DNA from: Tubulanus polymorphus
Taxonomy: Eukaryota; Animalia; Nemertea
Direction: 5' to 3'
DNA: 64,000 nt
NCBI RefSeq assembly: GCF_964204645.1
Contig: NC_134026.1
Location: 17,766,150 to 17,830,149, forward strand
The notes under the pieces were generated by a model that saw nothing but the letters and a program-made list of their open reading frames with translations, had not been told where the DNA came from and did not search any database. Shown here piece after piece: positions 27,945-41,663 of this stretch. Position 1 is the stretch's first letter. Each line of letters opens with the position of its first letter. Both the position numbers and the translations under genes were made by a program.

Positions 27945-28612
27945 ATAATTTCGGTTTTGGCACCCCCGACAATTCATTATTTTGGTTTTATCGCCCGCGA
28001 CAATTCATTATTTTGGTTTTATCGCCAGTGACAATTCATTATTTTGGTTTTATCGCCCGCAACAATTCATTAGTTTGGTTTTGTCGCCCGCGACAATTCA
28101 ATATTTTGGTTTTGTCGCCCGGGACAATTCATTATTTTGGTTTTATCGCCCGCGACAATTCATTATTTTGGTTTTATCGCCCGCGACAGTTCATTATTTT
28201 GGTTTTGTAGCACGCGACAATTCATTATTTTGGTTTTATCGCCTGCGACAATTTTTTTTTAATCGCCTACGACACTTCAATATTTTGGTTTTATCACCTG
28301 CGACAATTCAATATTTTGGTTTTATCACCAGCGACAATTCATTATTTTGGTTTTATCGCCCGCGACAATACATTATTTTGGTTTTATCGCCCGCGACAAT
28401 TCATTATTTTGGTGTTGTCGCACGTGACAATTCATTGTTTTGGTTTTATCGCCCGCGACAATTCAAGATTTTGGTTTTATCGCCCGCGACAATTCATTTT
28501 TTTTTTTTGTTTGGTCGCCCGCGACAATTCAATATTTTGGTTTTATCGCCAGCGACAAATGATTATTTTGGTTTTATCGCCCGAGACAATTAATTTTTTT
28601 GGTTTTGTCGCC
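27945..28612. repeat. 31-bp minisatellite, ~21 copies
   Basis: Unit ttttggttttatcgcccgcgacaattcatta head-to-tail, no spacers. Confidence 0.92.
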
Positions 28613-28703
28613 CACTTTGTTAGCTTTTGAATAATTAGGCCAATTAATAACGTAATAAAGACTTATGCTTTCGCCTATTTTTAAGTCGATTAATCTGATA
28701 TAG

Positions 28704-29107
28704 TACAGAAGCGATAAAGGGCCTCGAGTTGTCGCGTTCAAACTCGACAAGTCGCCATATTTATGTCGATATATCGCGATATATCGCGTCAAGTCCACAT
28801 GAATATGTCTACATATTGTGACGCTTTCACAACAAATTTCGCTTTTTTGCTCATTTTCCACGGGACAAGCCGTCATTTGAAGGCATGTCTAAGTGTAAGA
28901 TGAGGACGCTAGTAATATGACGACTGAGTTTCAAGTCGTCATGAATATGTCGACTTGTCGCGAGGAAAATGGTCGAGAAAACGAAATATGTCGTCAAAAC
29001 GTCACGATATATCGACTTGACACGATATATCGCGGTATGTCGACATAAATATGGCGACTATTCGAGTTGGAACGCGACATCTCGAGCCCCCTTATCGCTT
29101 CCGTAGA
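28704..29107. mobile_element. Foldback MITE (~100 bp TIRs) with adjacent partial copy at ~29202-29360
   Basis: gaagcgataaagggcctcgagttgtcgcgtt... versus ...aacgcgacatctcgagcccccttatcgcttc. Confidence 0.65.
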
Positions 29108-30256
29108 TATAGTGTCGAATATTAAGGTCATTTTGGCAGATTCTTTTTTTTTTTAAGTGATATTAAAGCGATCATTCAAGTGATCCTACTTAACGAAAGA
29201 TCTACCGAAGCGATAAAGGGCCTCGAGTTGTCGCGTTCCAACTCGACAAGTCGCCATATTTATGTCGATATATCGCGATATATCGCATCAAGTCAACATA
29301 AATATGTTGACGTATCGTGACGTTTTGACGACTTGAAACTCAGTCGTCATATCACTGGCGTCCTGATCTTTCAGCAACGCCAGTCACATGGAGTCGTACG
29401 TGTTCTACTTTCTGCGACGCGACAAAATCGCAAGAGCAAAGTTGAACAAACTTTTTTTTGTCCAAACGAAAGGTTTTTCGTTCGAACAATTGTTCAATTG
29501 AACAGAATCTTTTTTAATTTGAACAGAATTTTCTTGTCAGAACATTAAGTTTTTCGTTCGAACAAGTGTATTGAAAAAAGTTTTTTCTCCGAACCGAAAG
29601 TATGAAGTATTTCGTTCAATTGAACAGAATTGTTTTCATTCAAACATTTGTTCGAAAAAATTGTTTTCGCTCGACCACATTTTTTTGCCGGGACTTTTCA
29701 TTTCAACAATAACATAGCTTTTTATTCGAACACATTTTTTGTCAGAATGAAGAAAATTTTTGGTTCAAGCAAAAAGCGTATTGTTCGATCAAACAGAATT
29801 ATTTTCATTCGAACAAGATTTTCTTGTTGGAACATTAAGTTTTTTGGTCGAACAGCGTGTTAAGGTCGATTTGGAAATTTACTCGGTCTGGGATATGTTG
29901 GATTAGTGTGTATGTCATTTGTCAGGACATTAAACAGAAGACAACTTAGGATACTACCTTGCGTGACTCCACTAGTTTGACCGACTTATTCCAAGATGAG
30001 GCGTTCCGTTGATTTCGGCTACAAGTTTTCGTTCAGAGATAACTGCTGAGCCATTTGGGCGACCTATCATTGATACTGTTTCCTAATAGCCTGTTTAGTA
30101 ATGGCTGATGTTGTGCCTTATCAAATGCTTCGTCGAAATCCACCGTTGAACAGGATTCTAAGACTGTGCAGAAAACCCGTTATCGCTGCTTTGCAGCTAT
30201 ATTTTACAAATATAATTTGATTCAATTGAATTGTTTTGATTTGTAACAGGATAATT

Positions 30257-31649
30257 ATGCCACCCCCTCCTAAGGGTCAGCATCGTGGCAGGGAGGGATG
30301 CGGGCATTTGTTTGGCGCCTGGGATAACCACGATTCTTGTGCGTCGTGCAGGCGCAAATCTGGTCAAATATGTGCAAGGAGCAATCCTTGCAAGATTTGC
30401 GACGTGTGGTCGGAGGACCTTTGGCTTCGGGCCGATAAGGCTCTTAAACTAAGAGATCGTCGTCGAGTTAGCAGGGATTCGTCGGTTTCGGCTGACGTGC
30501 CAACCGACGTTTCTAATCCTGTTTCTTATCGTAAAGCGGAGTGGTCGCCGGTTGTTCAGGTACGATCGGCTTCCCAACTCCGTTCACCGGGGAGGAACGC
30601 TGGTTCACCGGCACCGGTCTCCGGTCATTCACCGGTCTCTGGTCCTTCACCGGTTCGGCCGGTTCGGCCGGTTCAGACTACATGTTCGGAACCAAGCGCG
30701 CGCCGCGGTAGTCGCGAACGGCCCGCACCGGTTCTGTCGGTACCGGTCTGGTCCGGGTCGGGCATCGGTTCGGGCACCGGTCCGGTCCAGACGTCGTCCG
30801 GTTCAAAACATCCGGTACGTTCATCGTCTGATTCTGATCGTCGCTCCGGAATATTTTAGTTCAACCGATCCACCTATAGGCGCATTTCGCTCGGCGTATT
30901 ACGCAACTCCAGGTGCTGTGGATCACAGTCATAACTGCCTGGATGCTGATTATACTTTGATCAGCCCGGATACTGTTACAGCACAGTCGGGTATTCGTTT
31001 GCCTAAGTCCGGTTTGGTGGCCATGACGTCAATCCTGGACAATCTTACCAGGGTTGGTTCGTTTCAAGATATGGCACTTAAGGTGTTGACGGGTGAGCTT
31101 CGCGAGTCTCACGCCGCCGTTCATGCGGGCTCCGACCCAGAGTCAGTTGCCCTAAAACTGGAGGGAATGGACCGGATTATCCCATCTTTGGCTCGGTCTG
31201 TTTCGCATGTAATTCCGTTGTCGGTTCAGGGTCAGGCTAATCTAGTGTTAGCCTCCCGTCAGTCAGTGATGGACTCCAGTTCAAAAACTCGTCTACCGGA
31301 TATGGTGTCCAATGCTTTGCTGAGAGCCCCATTGGGGACGTCTTCACGTCTCTTCTCCGATCGGTGCGCTCCGGTTTCCGCAGAGCTGAGGAAGATTCGG
31401 GAGGTTCAGGCCAAGTCCAACCCCCGAACTCCGTGGAAAAAGCGTTCTGGTCCGAAGCCGACGGCGCAAGGTTCGGCACGGACGCAAACAGGACCATCTC
31501 AAACTTCAGCGCTTTCTCAGGCGGCTTCGGATGCCGGTTGGAGAACTAGCGTGCAACTTCAACAATCGTGTCAAGCCTCGTCCGGTTCGTATCGAGGCAA
31601 GGGGAAGGCTCCAAAAAGGGGCTCTTCCTTTCGGAAAAACTCGAAATGA
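30257..31649 (+). pseudogene. DIRS gag-like ORF1 (broken into two frames near 30850)
   Basis: ATG 30257; N-terminal Cys/His finger CGH..DNHDSCASC..C....C..C, Ser/Pro/Arg-rich linker; C-terminal gag region continues in the frame of ORF 30552-31649. Confidence 0.8.
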
Positions 31650-33560
31650 ATTCTTGGGACCATTGGGAGGTTGTCTGCAGCAGGCAGCAACCCACTGGTC
31701 CGACCTCTTTCTAGACGGTTGGCCCTCCCGGGTCGTCTCTCGTGGCTACCGTCTCCGTTTCCTAAGGCGACCGCGCCTGATGAGGTCACCTCCCACCATG
31801 CGGCCAAAACCAGGTCAGGAGGCCTTAATCTCTCCGGCTCTCAAGGAATTGGCCGAGAAGGGAGCGATAGAACCAGTTTGCAACGAAACTTCTCCCGGCT
31901 GGTTTTCTCGAATATTCATGGTACCAAAGGCCACAGGGGGTCAACGGACAGTGATAGATCTGTCATCCCTCAATCGGCACCTAGACATTCCAAGGTTCCG
32001 GATGACCAAGCCCAAGGACGTGATTCAAGGGCTCCGTCCGGGTCAATGGGCAGCTTCATTGGACCTGAAAGATGCTTACTTTCAGGTTCCAATTCACCCA
32101 AAATCTCGGCGATTTCTCAGGATAAAGTGGAAAGGCCGCCAGTTCCAATTCAGGTCTCTTCCATTTGGCCTCAGTACGGCCCCGTGGATTTTCACCAAGT
32201 TGGTCAAGTCAGTTCAGAAGGTACTTCAGTCAAGGGGTGTTTGACTGTTCGTTTACCTCGACGACTGGTTAATAGTCGCGAATTCGGCTCAGGAATGTCG
32301 GGAGGCAATGACCTCAGTCTTGGACTTAGTCCATCAGCTAGGGTTCCGCGTAAACAGGGAAAAATCTCAGTTGACGCCGGCCCAACAGTTCACTTATCTC
32401 GGCATGGACTTCGATCTCCGAATCGGCAAAGTCTTTCCGTCTATGGTTCGAGTAGCCAAACTTCAAGAAGCTGTAGCGGGAGTGTCCACAATCCCGAGAA
32501 CAGCTCGTTACTGGTCACGGCTCGAGGCTCCATCAGCTCCATGGGTCTGGTGGTGCCCTTAGGCCGCTTCAGAAGCAGGCGCTTGCAACAATATTAAAAG
32601 GTCTTCTGGTCTCAGTCGAAGGGCAACTGGGAGGCCTTGATTCCCGTACCTCCAACCGATCTAAGTCCGGATCTTCAGTGGTGGGCGGCAACTACGAATC
32701 TTCGGCTCGGGGTGTCACTAGCCCCGTTAGAGGCTCCAGTTCGTGTATTCACGGATGCCAGTCACCAAGGATGGGGGGCACATCTGGAGAACCGAGTCAA
32801 AGCCGGGAGATGGTCTCGCTACGAGGCCACCAACCACATAAATTTCCTAGAAATGCTGGCCGTGTGGAAGGCCCTGAAGTTCTTTCACAGGAGAGTGGAG
32901 GGCCACCACGTTTGGTTAGCCACAGACAATTCAACAGTGAGGGCTTACCTTCAGAACCAAGGGGGCACTCACTCAGAAACCCTCACAGGTCTGTCGGCCA
33001 AAATTCTTCTTTGGTGCCAGACAAAGGGCGTGTCCCTGACTGTGGCACATTTAGCAGGGAAAAGGAACGTGATGGCTGATGCTCTGTCTCGTCGAGGTCA
33101 GGCTATTGCGACAGAATGGGTTCTCCACCAAGAAGTAGCCGATCGGATTCGGGGCATGTTTAGCAATCTGCTGCTGGATCTGTTTGCCACCCGGTTCAAT
33201 CGGAGGTGTCCTCTGTTTGTGTCCCCGTTTCCAGACGCAGAACCGTGGGGGTCGATGCCTTCTCTCTGGACTGGTCGGGGATGCATGCGTATGCGTTCCC
33301 GCTCACACCAGTCCTGCCGCGCTTACTGGATCAAATAGAGAGATCAGTCAATTGCAACATAGTTCTGGTAGCACCATGTTGGCCGGCTCAGAAATGGTTC
33401 CTGCCACTTCTCAACCTACTGTGCGACAACCCCAGGATTCTTCCGAATTTCCCATCGCTTCTGTCTCAGGGGAACTTTCGGCATCATCCAAACAGCCAGT
33501 GGTTAAATCTGCTCGCCTGGCCATTGTCCAGCGATCCTTGTCAGCTTCAGGCTTTTCAGA
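31640..33560 (+). pseudogene. DIRS pol: reverse transcriptase, RNase H, adenine-methyltransferase-like domain
   Basis: SLDLKDAYFQVPI, LPFGLSTAPWIFTK, then TGA at 32242 just before FVYLDDWL; RNase H FTDAS..GWGA, HINFLEMLA, TDN, ADALSR; MT-like DLFATRFN..VDAFSLDW..YAFP..APCWPAQKWF; frameshifts near 32530 and 33240, stop at 32595. Confidence 0.93.
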
Positions 33561-34596
33561 ACAGACTGCCTCCTTTATCGCAGGATCTAAGCGGCCATCA
33601 ACAAGTACCATTTACGATGCCAAATGGAGTCATTTTGCGGATTGGTGTGCTGCAGGGGAAATTGATCCATGCTCACCCTCTGTAGCTCAATTGGCAGATT
33701 TTTTACTGCACCTATTTGTAGTAAAAGGTTTGCAGGTCATAACTCTTAAAGGTTTCCGCTCCGCGATTTCTCATACATTGCGTGCTTCTGGATGGCCAAA
33801 TGTAGCAGGGGATCATCGGATATCCCAGCTGGTTGCAGGGTTTTCTATTTCCCGGCCTCGGGTACCAAGGACAGTTCCACCATGGGATCTGTCTGTAATT
33901 TTGAAGAAGTTAATGGAGGCTCCATTTGAACCTCTTTCGGCAGCGTCATTTGCAAATTTGTCAAAAAAGACTGTATTTTTGCTGTTCTTGGCTTGCTCGG
34001 CCCGTCGCTCTGAGATTCATGCGCTTTCAGTCCGACAAGGTCATATTGTCTTTGGGCCAGCGAAGGAATTTGTTTCGCTGCGGCCTGCTTTGGAATTTTT
34101 GGCAAAGAACCAACGACCAGGCTCGGTTGGGCGTCAATGGCGAATTGAAGCCCTAAAACATCGAGTGGAACCGGGCATCCCGGACAGGACTTTATGTCCT
34201 GTGCGGGCGTTGTGTTTCTATTTAGATCGCTCTGCTTCACGGAGGGGTTCACGGGAGCGGTTATTTATTCCGCTGCTGGATCACCTAAAGGGTGATATTT
34301 CGCGGGACACAGTGGCCCGATGGGTCTCTTCACTGATCAAGGACATTTTATTGAAGGAGAATCTACCCTCGGAGGGAGTGGTTTCTCATCAAGTGAGGTC
34401 TATGGCTACTTCCTGCGCAGCCTTTTCGGGTGCTCCGTTGGAGGAAGTCTGTCGGGCTGCCTTTTGGAATTCTCGATCGACATTCACGTAATTTTATTTA
34501 CGGGATGTTTCAGGCCAGTTAGGCTCATTAGCTTCACTTGGTCCTGTTGTCATGGCTCAAGGTGTCCGTTCTTTCCGATCGGACCCTTTAGTGTAG
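33500..34596 (+). pseudogene. DIRS tyrosine recombinase
   Basis: SAM-like N-domain then ARRSEIHAL, FLAKNQ, LCPVRAL, HQVRS, AAFW; in-frame TAA at 34489-34491 two codons before the putative catalytic Tyr (TFT*FYLRDV). Confidence 0.92.
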
Positions 34597-35128
34597 AATA
34601 TTTATGTTGCATTATCAGGATCACAGGGGGTGTATCCTTGTACATAGTTTGGGCTCATATCTGCAAGTATTAATTTCGCAAAATTCTGGGGGGGCCCTGA
34701 GCTGGACAGACTCACTGTGGCCAACCGGTCTTCCCTGTGCTACAGTGCTCCATTCCGTGCTTGGGTAAGTGCTCTCTTTTTCCCTCTTACCTTGCGTTTG
34801 AGCGGTGGTTTTTCTATCTACCTTTCCCACCATCCTTGTGCTAGGCTAGTCTAGCAAAAACCATAGGAAAGGGTGCAGTACTCGACGGAAATATTACAAT
34901 TTTTGGAACTAAAATTTGTATTTCCGAGTAGTACTTACCCTTTCCTATGGTGGGAATCCCGCCCACCTGCCCCGCATAGCTGTTTTTTTTTTTGGTCTGC
35001 TATGACGTAAAAAAATGGCGGATTTCGTCGGTGGCTAATGCAATACCGCAGGGCCGGGTTGTATAGAAAAACCATTGGCGATCAATCCAAATTTAGAAAA
35101 TATTGGCAAAAACCATAGGAAAGGGTAA

Positions 35129-35536
<408 letters not shown>

Positions 35537-35674
35537 TAAGAAAATATTTATGCTAGTAGATTTGGATTCTGAAGTTATTGTTCGGTCATGTCAAACAAAT
35601 GTGTAAGAAAATATTCATGCTAGTAGATTTGGATTCTGTTTCTCGTCAATATTTCATTGCAGAAAACATTTTAA

Positions 35675-35937
35675 CCCTTTCAGTGCTGGCTAATTAATAC
35701 CCTATGGTGCTGAAGATAATTTGAAAATTCTGAAAATTCCACCCTAGTATGTTGAATTACGGGAATAGCACTATAGTGCGTCTACACCCTGGCGCGGTAT
35801 AACGTTAGTTACTAATATTTCACTATGTTTGACAGGTGCTGCCATCAGAGAGATAATTAATAATACCTAATTAAATCAATACACCACAGTGCTGTGTACT
35901 AGCAAAATCCACTGATTTGTACACCGCACTGAAAGGG
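35675..35937. mobile_element. piggyBac-like MITE, second copy
   Basis: ttaa-ccctttcagtgc ... gcactgaaaggg-tttaa; opposite orientation to the 1426 copy. Confidence 0.7.
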
Positions 35938-35957
35938 TTTAAGACATGTTCCCTGTT

Positions 35958-36554
35958 AAAGTTTAGCAATTTAGCCTTATTTTCACTGGATAATATAGCT
36001 TCATTTATTGGAGCTTTCATCTAGTTCTCTAGACTTGTTCACCAACTGGGATTTCCTCTGATGACATTATTCTAGGATTCTAATTGGTTGAAGCAGTAAG
36101 TGGCTGCCCCTTATTTCTGTTAATATTCCACACATTTGAAAGTTTATACCGGCCTGACCTTATTAAGGGTTGGGTTGAGAGTTCTGATGTGGATGGCTTT
36201 CTTCACCCCATATTTGAAGCTTGGCGTTCCCCTCCTAAGATCTTAACAGCATCCATATCAAAGCTGTGATCAGAGTGGTCAATGTTCTCATGGCGCGAAA
36301 CTTCTGAGGTGGTACAGCTAGGACGTCTGTGTTCACCCATGCGTGCTTTCAGCCACCGATCAGTTTCACTGATGTAAGAATCTGCACAGTTCGAATAAGG
36401 GATGTAATGGTAATGATGTCATCAGAGGAAACCCCAGTTGGTGAACAATTCAAGAGAACTAGATGAAAGCTCCAGTACGTTAAGGTATATTATCCAGTGA
36501 AAATAAGTCTTAATATTGCTCAACTATATGAAGATACCTAGATAGATGAACGCT
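35958..36554 (-). mobile_element. 5'-truncated Penelope-like element with inverted pseudo-LTR
   Basis: Minus strand reads YIPYSNCADSYISETDRWLKARMGEHRR (degenerate GIY-YIG); ~110 bp inverted arms (35961-36071 vs 36411-36525); direct flanking repeat atgttccctgtt at 35946-35957 and 36555-36566. Confidence 0.75.
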
Positions 36555-37059
36555 ATGTTCCCTGTTGCCTACAAGATACCTTAATGTTTTCCACCATTTC
36601 CAAAGATGAATTATCTCAGGCGAGCGTTCATTAAGTGTGGGCTATGCAAGCTGTAGCTACCAACTAAAAGTTTAAAGCATATGACCTGAATATCTACCAG
36701 TTGCTAGGTAGCTAGCTTTTGACATGACGTATACGCAGATCATGATCAATTGATTGTGCATTTTCTGATTACGTTGCTGTTTTTTAAATGGAACTTACAG
36801 ACACAATTTTGAGACACTTAGTTGACTTATTTTACATAGAACTCTCATAAACAACAGTTTAAGAGAGGTACTTTAAGTACCTATATCACAAAAGACACTG
36901 AATATCTAAACTGCCAGAGGCTGTCAGTGTCTGTACATAGGCCTATGGCCTTCTTTTATGGTAAATAATGATTTATGATATGATAATGAAAATGGGTAAA
37001 AAAAGAATTTACAGTTAGATGGGTCTTGCTTAGAGAAGTAGATTAAGGAGGGTATATTA

Positions 37060-38308
37060 TTAGCCCACTTGGGACTTTAGTCCCAGCGGGCTATTGCGTT
37101 CACTTTTCGTCCGTCGTCCATCCGTAGATGGAATCCAGTTATTTTAGGAAGTTTTGAAGGGGCTTCAAGGTAATGTCTTGATATTTGGTTTATACATGTA
37201 TCTACCCTAGACACATCTTCAGCCCAAAAACTGGCCTTGTCAGATTCAAGATGGCGACTGGCAGCCATTGTTGTTCGCCAAAATCAGCACTTTTTACACA
37301 TTTTCCAAGTTTTTGAAGGAAATTTTGAGGATGCTTTTATCAATTACCTTGATCGTTCGTATATATTTGTATCCCCCAGGGGCCCATCAGCTTGAGAAAA
37401 ATTGGGTCGATCGGATTCAAGATAGCTGACCTGTGTGACCTTTTTTGTGCCCAAAAATGTCAATTTTGGCCTGAATTCTGAGTCCTGTAGCTTCCTAATG
37501 GTTTGCAATTTTTCATTGCAATTTGTGATTGGTATTCTTTGGAAAGGGATCTCTTATACCCGAGACAGGTATATTTGATCAGGCAATAAATGGCCATCTT
37601 GGTGTCATCAGTACTCATTACTAGGTGGAAGAAAGTTTTTCCACATTATATTGATACTTAAGCATATTTTGTTACCACAATTAATTGGAAAGTTGTAGCT
37701 CATGACATGGTCTATGATCGTGGTGAGTTTCAAGGTCATTGGTTTTTGCTTATGGCCATCAGGGGGTGTTGAACAATGTAATCACTTAGTATTTCTATAT
37801 TATATTCCTACAAATGCATATTTTGTTACTACAATCAATTGGAAAGTTGTAGCTCATGACATGGTCTATGATTGTCGTGAGTTTCAAGGCCATTAGTTAT
37901 TCTATATGGTCACTAGGGGGCGTTGAATAGTAGAATAACTTAGTATTTCCTTATTATATTTGGTACCTAGGCATATTTTGCTACCATGATCAATTGCAAA
38001 GTTGTAGTTTATGACATGTTCTATTATTGTGGTGAGTTTAAAGGTCATTGGGTTTTTCATATAGTCTCCAGGGGGCGTTGAATAGTAGAATAACTTAGTA
38101 TTTCCATATCATATTGGTAAATAGGCATATTTTGTTACCACTCAATTACAAAATTGTAACTGCTGACATGTTCTAAGATTGTGGTGAGTTTCAAGGTCAT
38201 TGGATTTTTTCAAGGTCATTGGATGGGGCGTTGAATATTGATATTGTTAGATTGTTGAACATCTGAAACCACTTCCCAAGTGGGCATGGTGTCCCTGGAC
38301 CCCTAGTT
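37060..38308 (+). mobile_element. HINE family 1 copy
   Basis: Starts ttagcccacttgggactttagtcccagcgggc plus (gtcc)n; ends tcccaagtgggc..ggtgtccctggacccctagtt; ~154 bp repeats. Confidence 0.82.
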
Positions 38309-40191
38309 TGTGTTTCCCACATATTGATAATGTGTGCACATGGTAGGAGGTTATCATGCTAACAGTGTGTTAGGCCTATGTGCACACAAGCGGGAATGGA
38401 TCTAAATTTTCTCTATTATTTCCCTGTAGACAGTGCAGCCTACTAAAATGAAAGCTTTCGAGTAGCATCCCACAATAATGATCATAGAAGTGAATGTGTT
38501 AATGTGTTCACACAACATTTTTTCAGATTGCTGTCTTTTATGTTATACTTGGCCTTTACTTGGGGATAAGAATTTTCTGCTGTGCCATGGGATTCTGCTT
38601 TTTAGCATTGGTTGACGTCTATGACGTCATACCAATGCTAGTAAAATGGATCGAAAAAAAAAGCGCCAACTCTTCTCATTTTCAAAGTAACTTCAAATTG
38701 TTACTCCGTTCTCATAAAACAGTAGACACAGCTAATAATGACTCATAATGATGTTTCAATTATTCCCTACAAGATAGCGTCGCCAGATTTTGATTTAATG
38801 GCCCAAAAAGTTATTCTATCGCATTTTTCTCGTAAGTTATCTGGTGGATGAGAGGGGGTTAAGCAATTGCGTAGTGATATGTCCGCATTGACATTGGCAG
38901 TTAAGAATGGGAACGGCCTCTTCTGAATAGAAAAACATGATATTATGTACCTCTTATTATATTTATAAATATCATAGTGTTTGAATATCACTGTTATTCC
39001 AACTATCAGTAACCATGGGATTAATTGGGATTAATTCTCAGCGTCAGAATACGTACATTGAACGGTAGGCTACCACCACGATACGATATCACCAATAAAG
39101 ATAGATCGTTTTATTCAATTTTACCAGAGTTGTTAATTGGAGGAACATCATTATTAAGTACGCCGAGAACAACCATGTTGTATCATCAATCAGTTGATTG
39201 ACAGTTTATTGTAAAATTTTACGGTTAGGCTATATTCTACATTAAGTTTTCACTTTAAGACGCCCTGCCTGCCTCCTGCGCACTCACGAGGCGGTAGCAG
39301 CCCCTTACGCACTCGGCAGATTGATTCGCTTTGTAATGCACGCTGGGGAAAATAACTTTTATCTTTTCCACATGTTGAACACCACAACAGTGATTAAATT
39401 TACACATTGTTTGTCGCAATTGGTTATTTGCCACTATCAATGTTGAGTGACAAGTGGGTTCGAGTCCTGCTGACTGCTTACAGTGTGCGGGCAACACTTC
39501 AGAGGCCGTCCCGTCGTGAGGTTAAATGAACAATCCAATAGGGTTAAAAACCAAGGTCCAAGCGACATAAACAAACAAAAAGACAAACAAGCAATCATCA
39601 GCCTGCTTTAGTAGTGACACCAACGCCGGCGTTGCTCTCTGCGACGTTTTGATACGTACATTTGTCCGGGTGATGCCCCTTAGTATTTTGCATTCAGAAA
39701 AATCGTTCTGTTTTTGTTTTCATTATTCAGCAATAGGGCCTAACAGTTCATGCAAGGAAAACCACCGTCAGTCGAGATTTCCCTTACAGGTGTACGTTAA
39801 ATACGAATCTAATATAGGCGAAAGGGCCGAAATTGTTGTATTAAATGGGTTTTCAAATCTTGGTATACAAATCTTGATTGATATAAATCTCTTAACTGGG
39901 TGGGACATGATGGAAAACATCAGAATAAACTAGTTTCATTTTTAACAAAATCGCGTAAATGAGGTTTAACAATACAAATAGCCTATAGGCTAAATCGTTC
40001 GGCAGAAAAATGAAATTCATTCAATTCTTAAGTCTGTGGTCTTCCCGATCAACATCGTCATAGAACATTTTCTGGCAGATGTAAAGCATTAACCACTTAA
40101 TACCTTACCACAGTGTAATCAACCAATGCTTCAAGGCCCATGGGGCTCGTGTTTTAGTTCGTGTATCGTGAGATGATATTTTGTTTCGTAG

Positions 40192-40293
<102 letters not shown>

Positions 40294-41555
40294 GTATCCA
40301 ATCGAATGGTGGTAGTTCATTATTAGATATATTTCTAATGAGATACATATATATATATATATATAGCTTATATCTCCATAGCATGCTTTCAATAATCTTT
40401 CAGCCTATGTAAAATGACAGTGGAACTTCATTATAATGATCTCAGATAGAATCATTCACCAAATAAAACCAGAATTATATCCCAAACAGGCAAATTCTAA
40501 TAATTCCACTAAAAAATGATTGGCTTATAACATATTTTCTGGTACTCTGATGGTTGTTGCAACGAGGTTCCACTGTAACATAAATTACAATTACCGGTAG
40601 TCATAAATTGATGGGGTACTGGTTATATGCAACTGTTTCAATCAGTGATTCCACTCATGGCAGGGGAGTGTTGGCTAGTAGATGGATAATTTTCAATGCT
40701 TCTATTTCTATCTGTATTTCAATTAAAATTCGTGCAACTTTTCTTACCAAATCAAATCAACTGCCAGTAATAACAATGAAAGCAAAAAACCAGAAATTTA
40801 TGTATTTCTATGAAATATATAAATTTACTGATTTTACTAGCATGTTACTGACAGTTCATTACATCAACTCATCAGACCTATGACTTGGAATTTAGTGACA
40901 TATCTTGTAAATCTACCAATTATGCCTGATAGCCTATGTCATTCAGATATTGCTGCCTAAAGTGGCTGGAAACTGAAATTTGGCTAGATAGTTTATTTGG
41001 ATGGAGGAAAGATATTATTATTCTGTCTTACCAAGTATAAGGTAGCTTGAACTGGATAATGTTTGTACTTTTCCATATAGCTTCATTATCATCAATATCA
41101 CAGATAGATGGAGGCCTGCGAGAGGTCCATTGGTGTCCGGCTAATTTGTTGATTTATTGGTTAAGGTGACAGGGTTTTTATGAAAGCTCTCTCACCCAGA
41201 TTATGAATATATCGCTGTCCAAGTGTAGTCTATTGGGATAAAACATCAAATCTGATAAGTATCAAGTACAGTAGACTCCACTTACCGTTAAGCCTGTTGC
41301 CTCTGAACATTTTGTGGCCTGGACAAAATATCTAAAATTTCCTAACCGCAATATATGCTTTGATAACCCAACATGGCTGAGACTGCCCCATGAATCGCTT
41401 TCCCCATAGAAAATTTATCGATCCAGCGAGATCTGAAGTGAGCGAGGTTTAGTGGGTTAGCTATTCTCCCTAGACCATTGACAGAATCGTCTCAGTAAAA
41501 TCATCTTTGCACCACTAATTTACCAAGAATTTGTTGCTTTTATTACTGCGTGTAG

Positions 41556-41663
<108 letters not shown>

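Larger units (their letters stand above)
23810..30204 (+). mobile_element. HINE-like element family 2 (outer copy) inserted in the DIRS leader
   Basis: 5' hairpin tagggttttctg..cagaaaacccta plus (tta)n; 3' subTIR cagaaaaccc plus palindrome gctgctttgcagc-tatattt; T-rich target, no TSD. Confidence 0.75.

Noticed and set aside
27945-28612. CRISPR-like array, or the 203-aa and 104-aa repetitive ORFs
   Set aside because: 31-bp units are directly head-to-tail with no unique spacers, there are no cas genes and the context is eukaryotic; the ORFs are by-products of a stop-poor minisatellite.
31671-32597. 308-aa ORF overlapping RT as a separate novel gene
   Set aside because: Ser/Arg-rich alternative frame; long overlapping frames are a known property of DIRS1 pol/YR regions, and no independent motif is visible.
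33100-33560. Methyltransferase plus recombinase as a prokaryotic or horizontally transferred defence system
   Set aside because: Both are standard DIRS1 domains lying within the element's ITRs.
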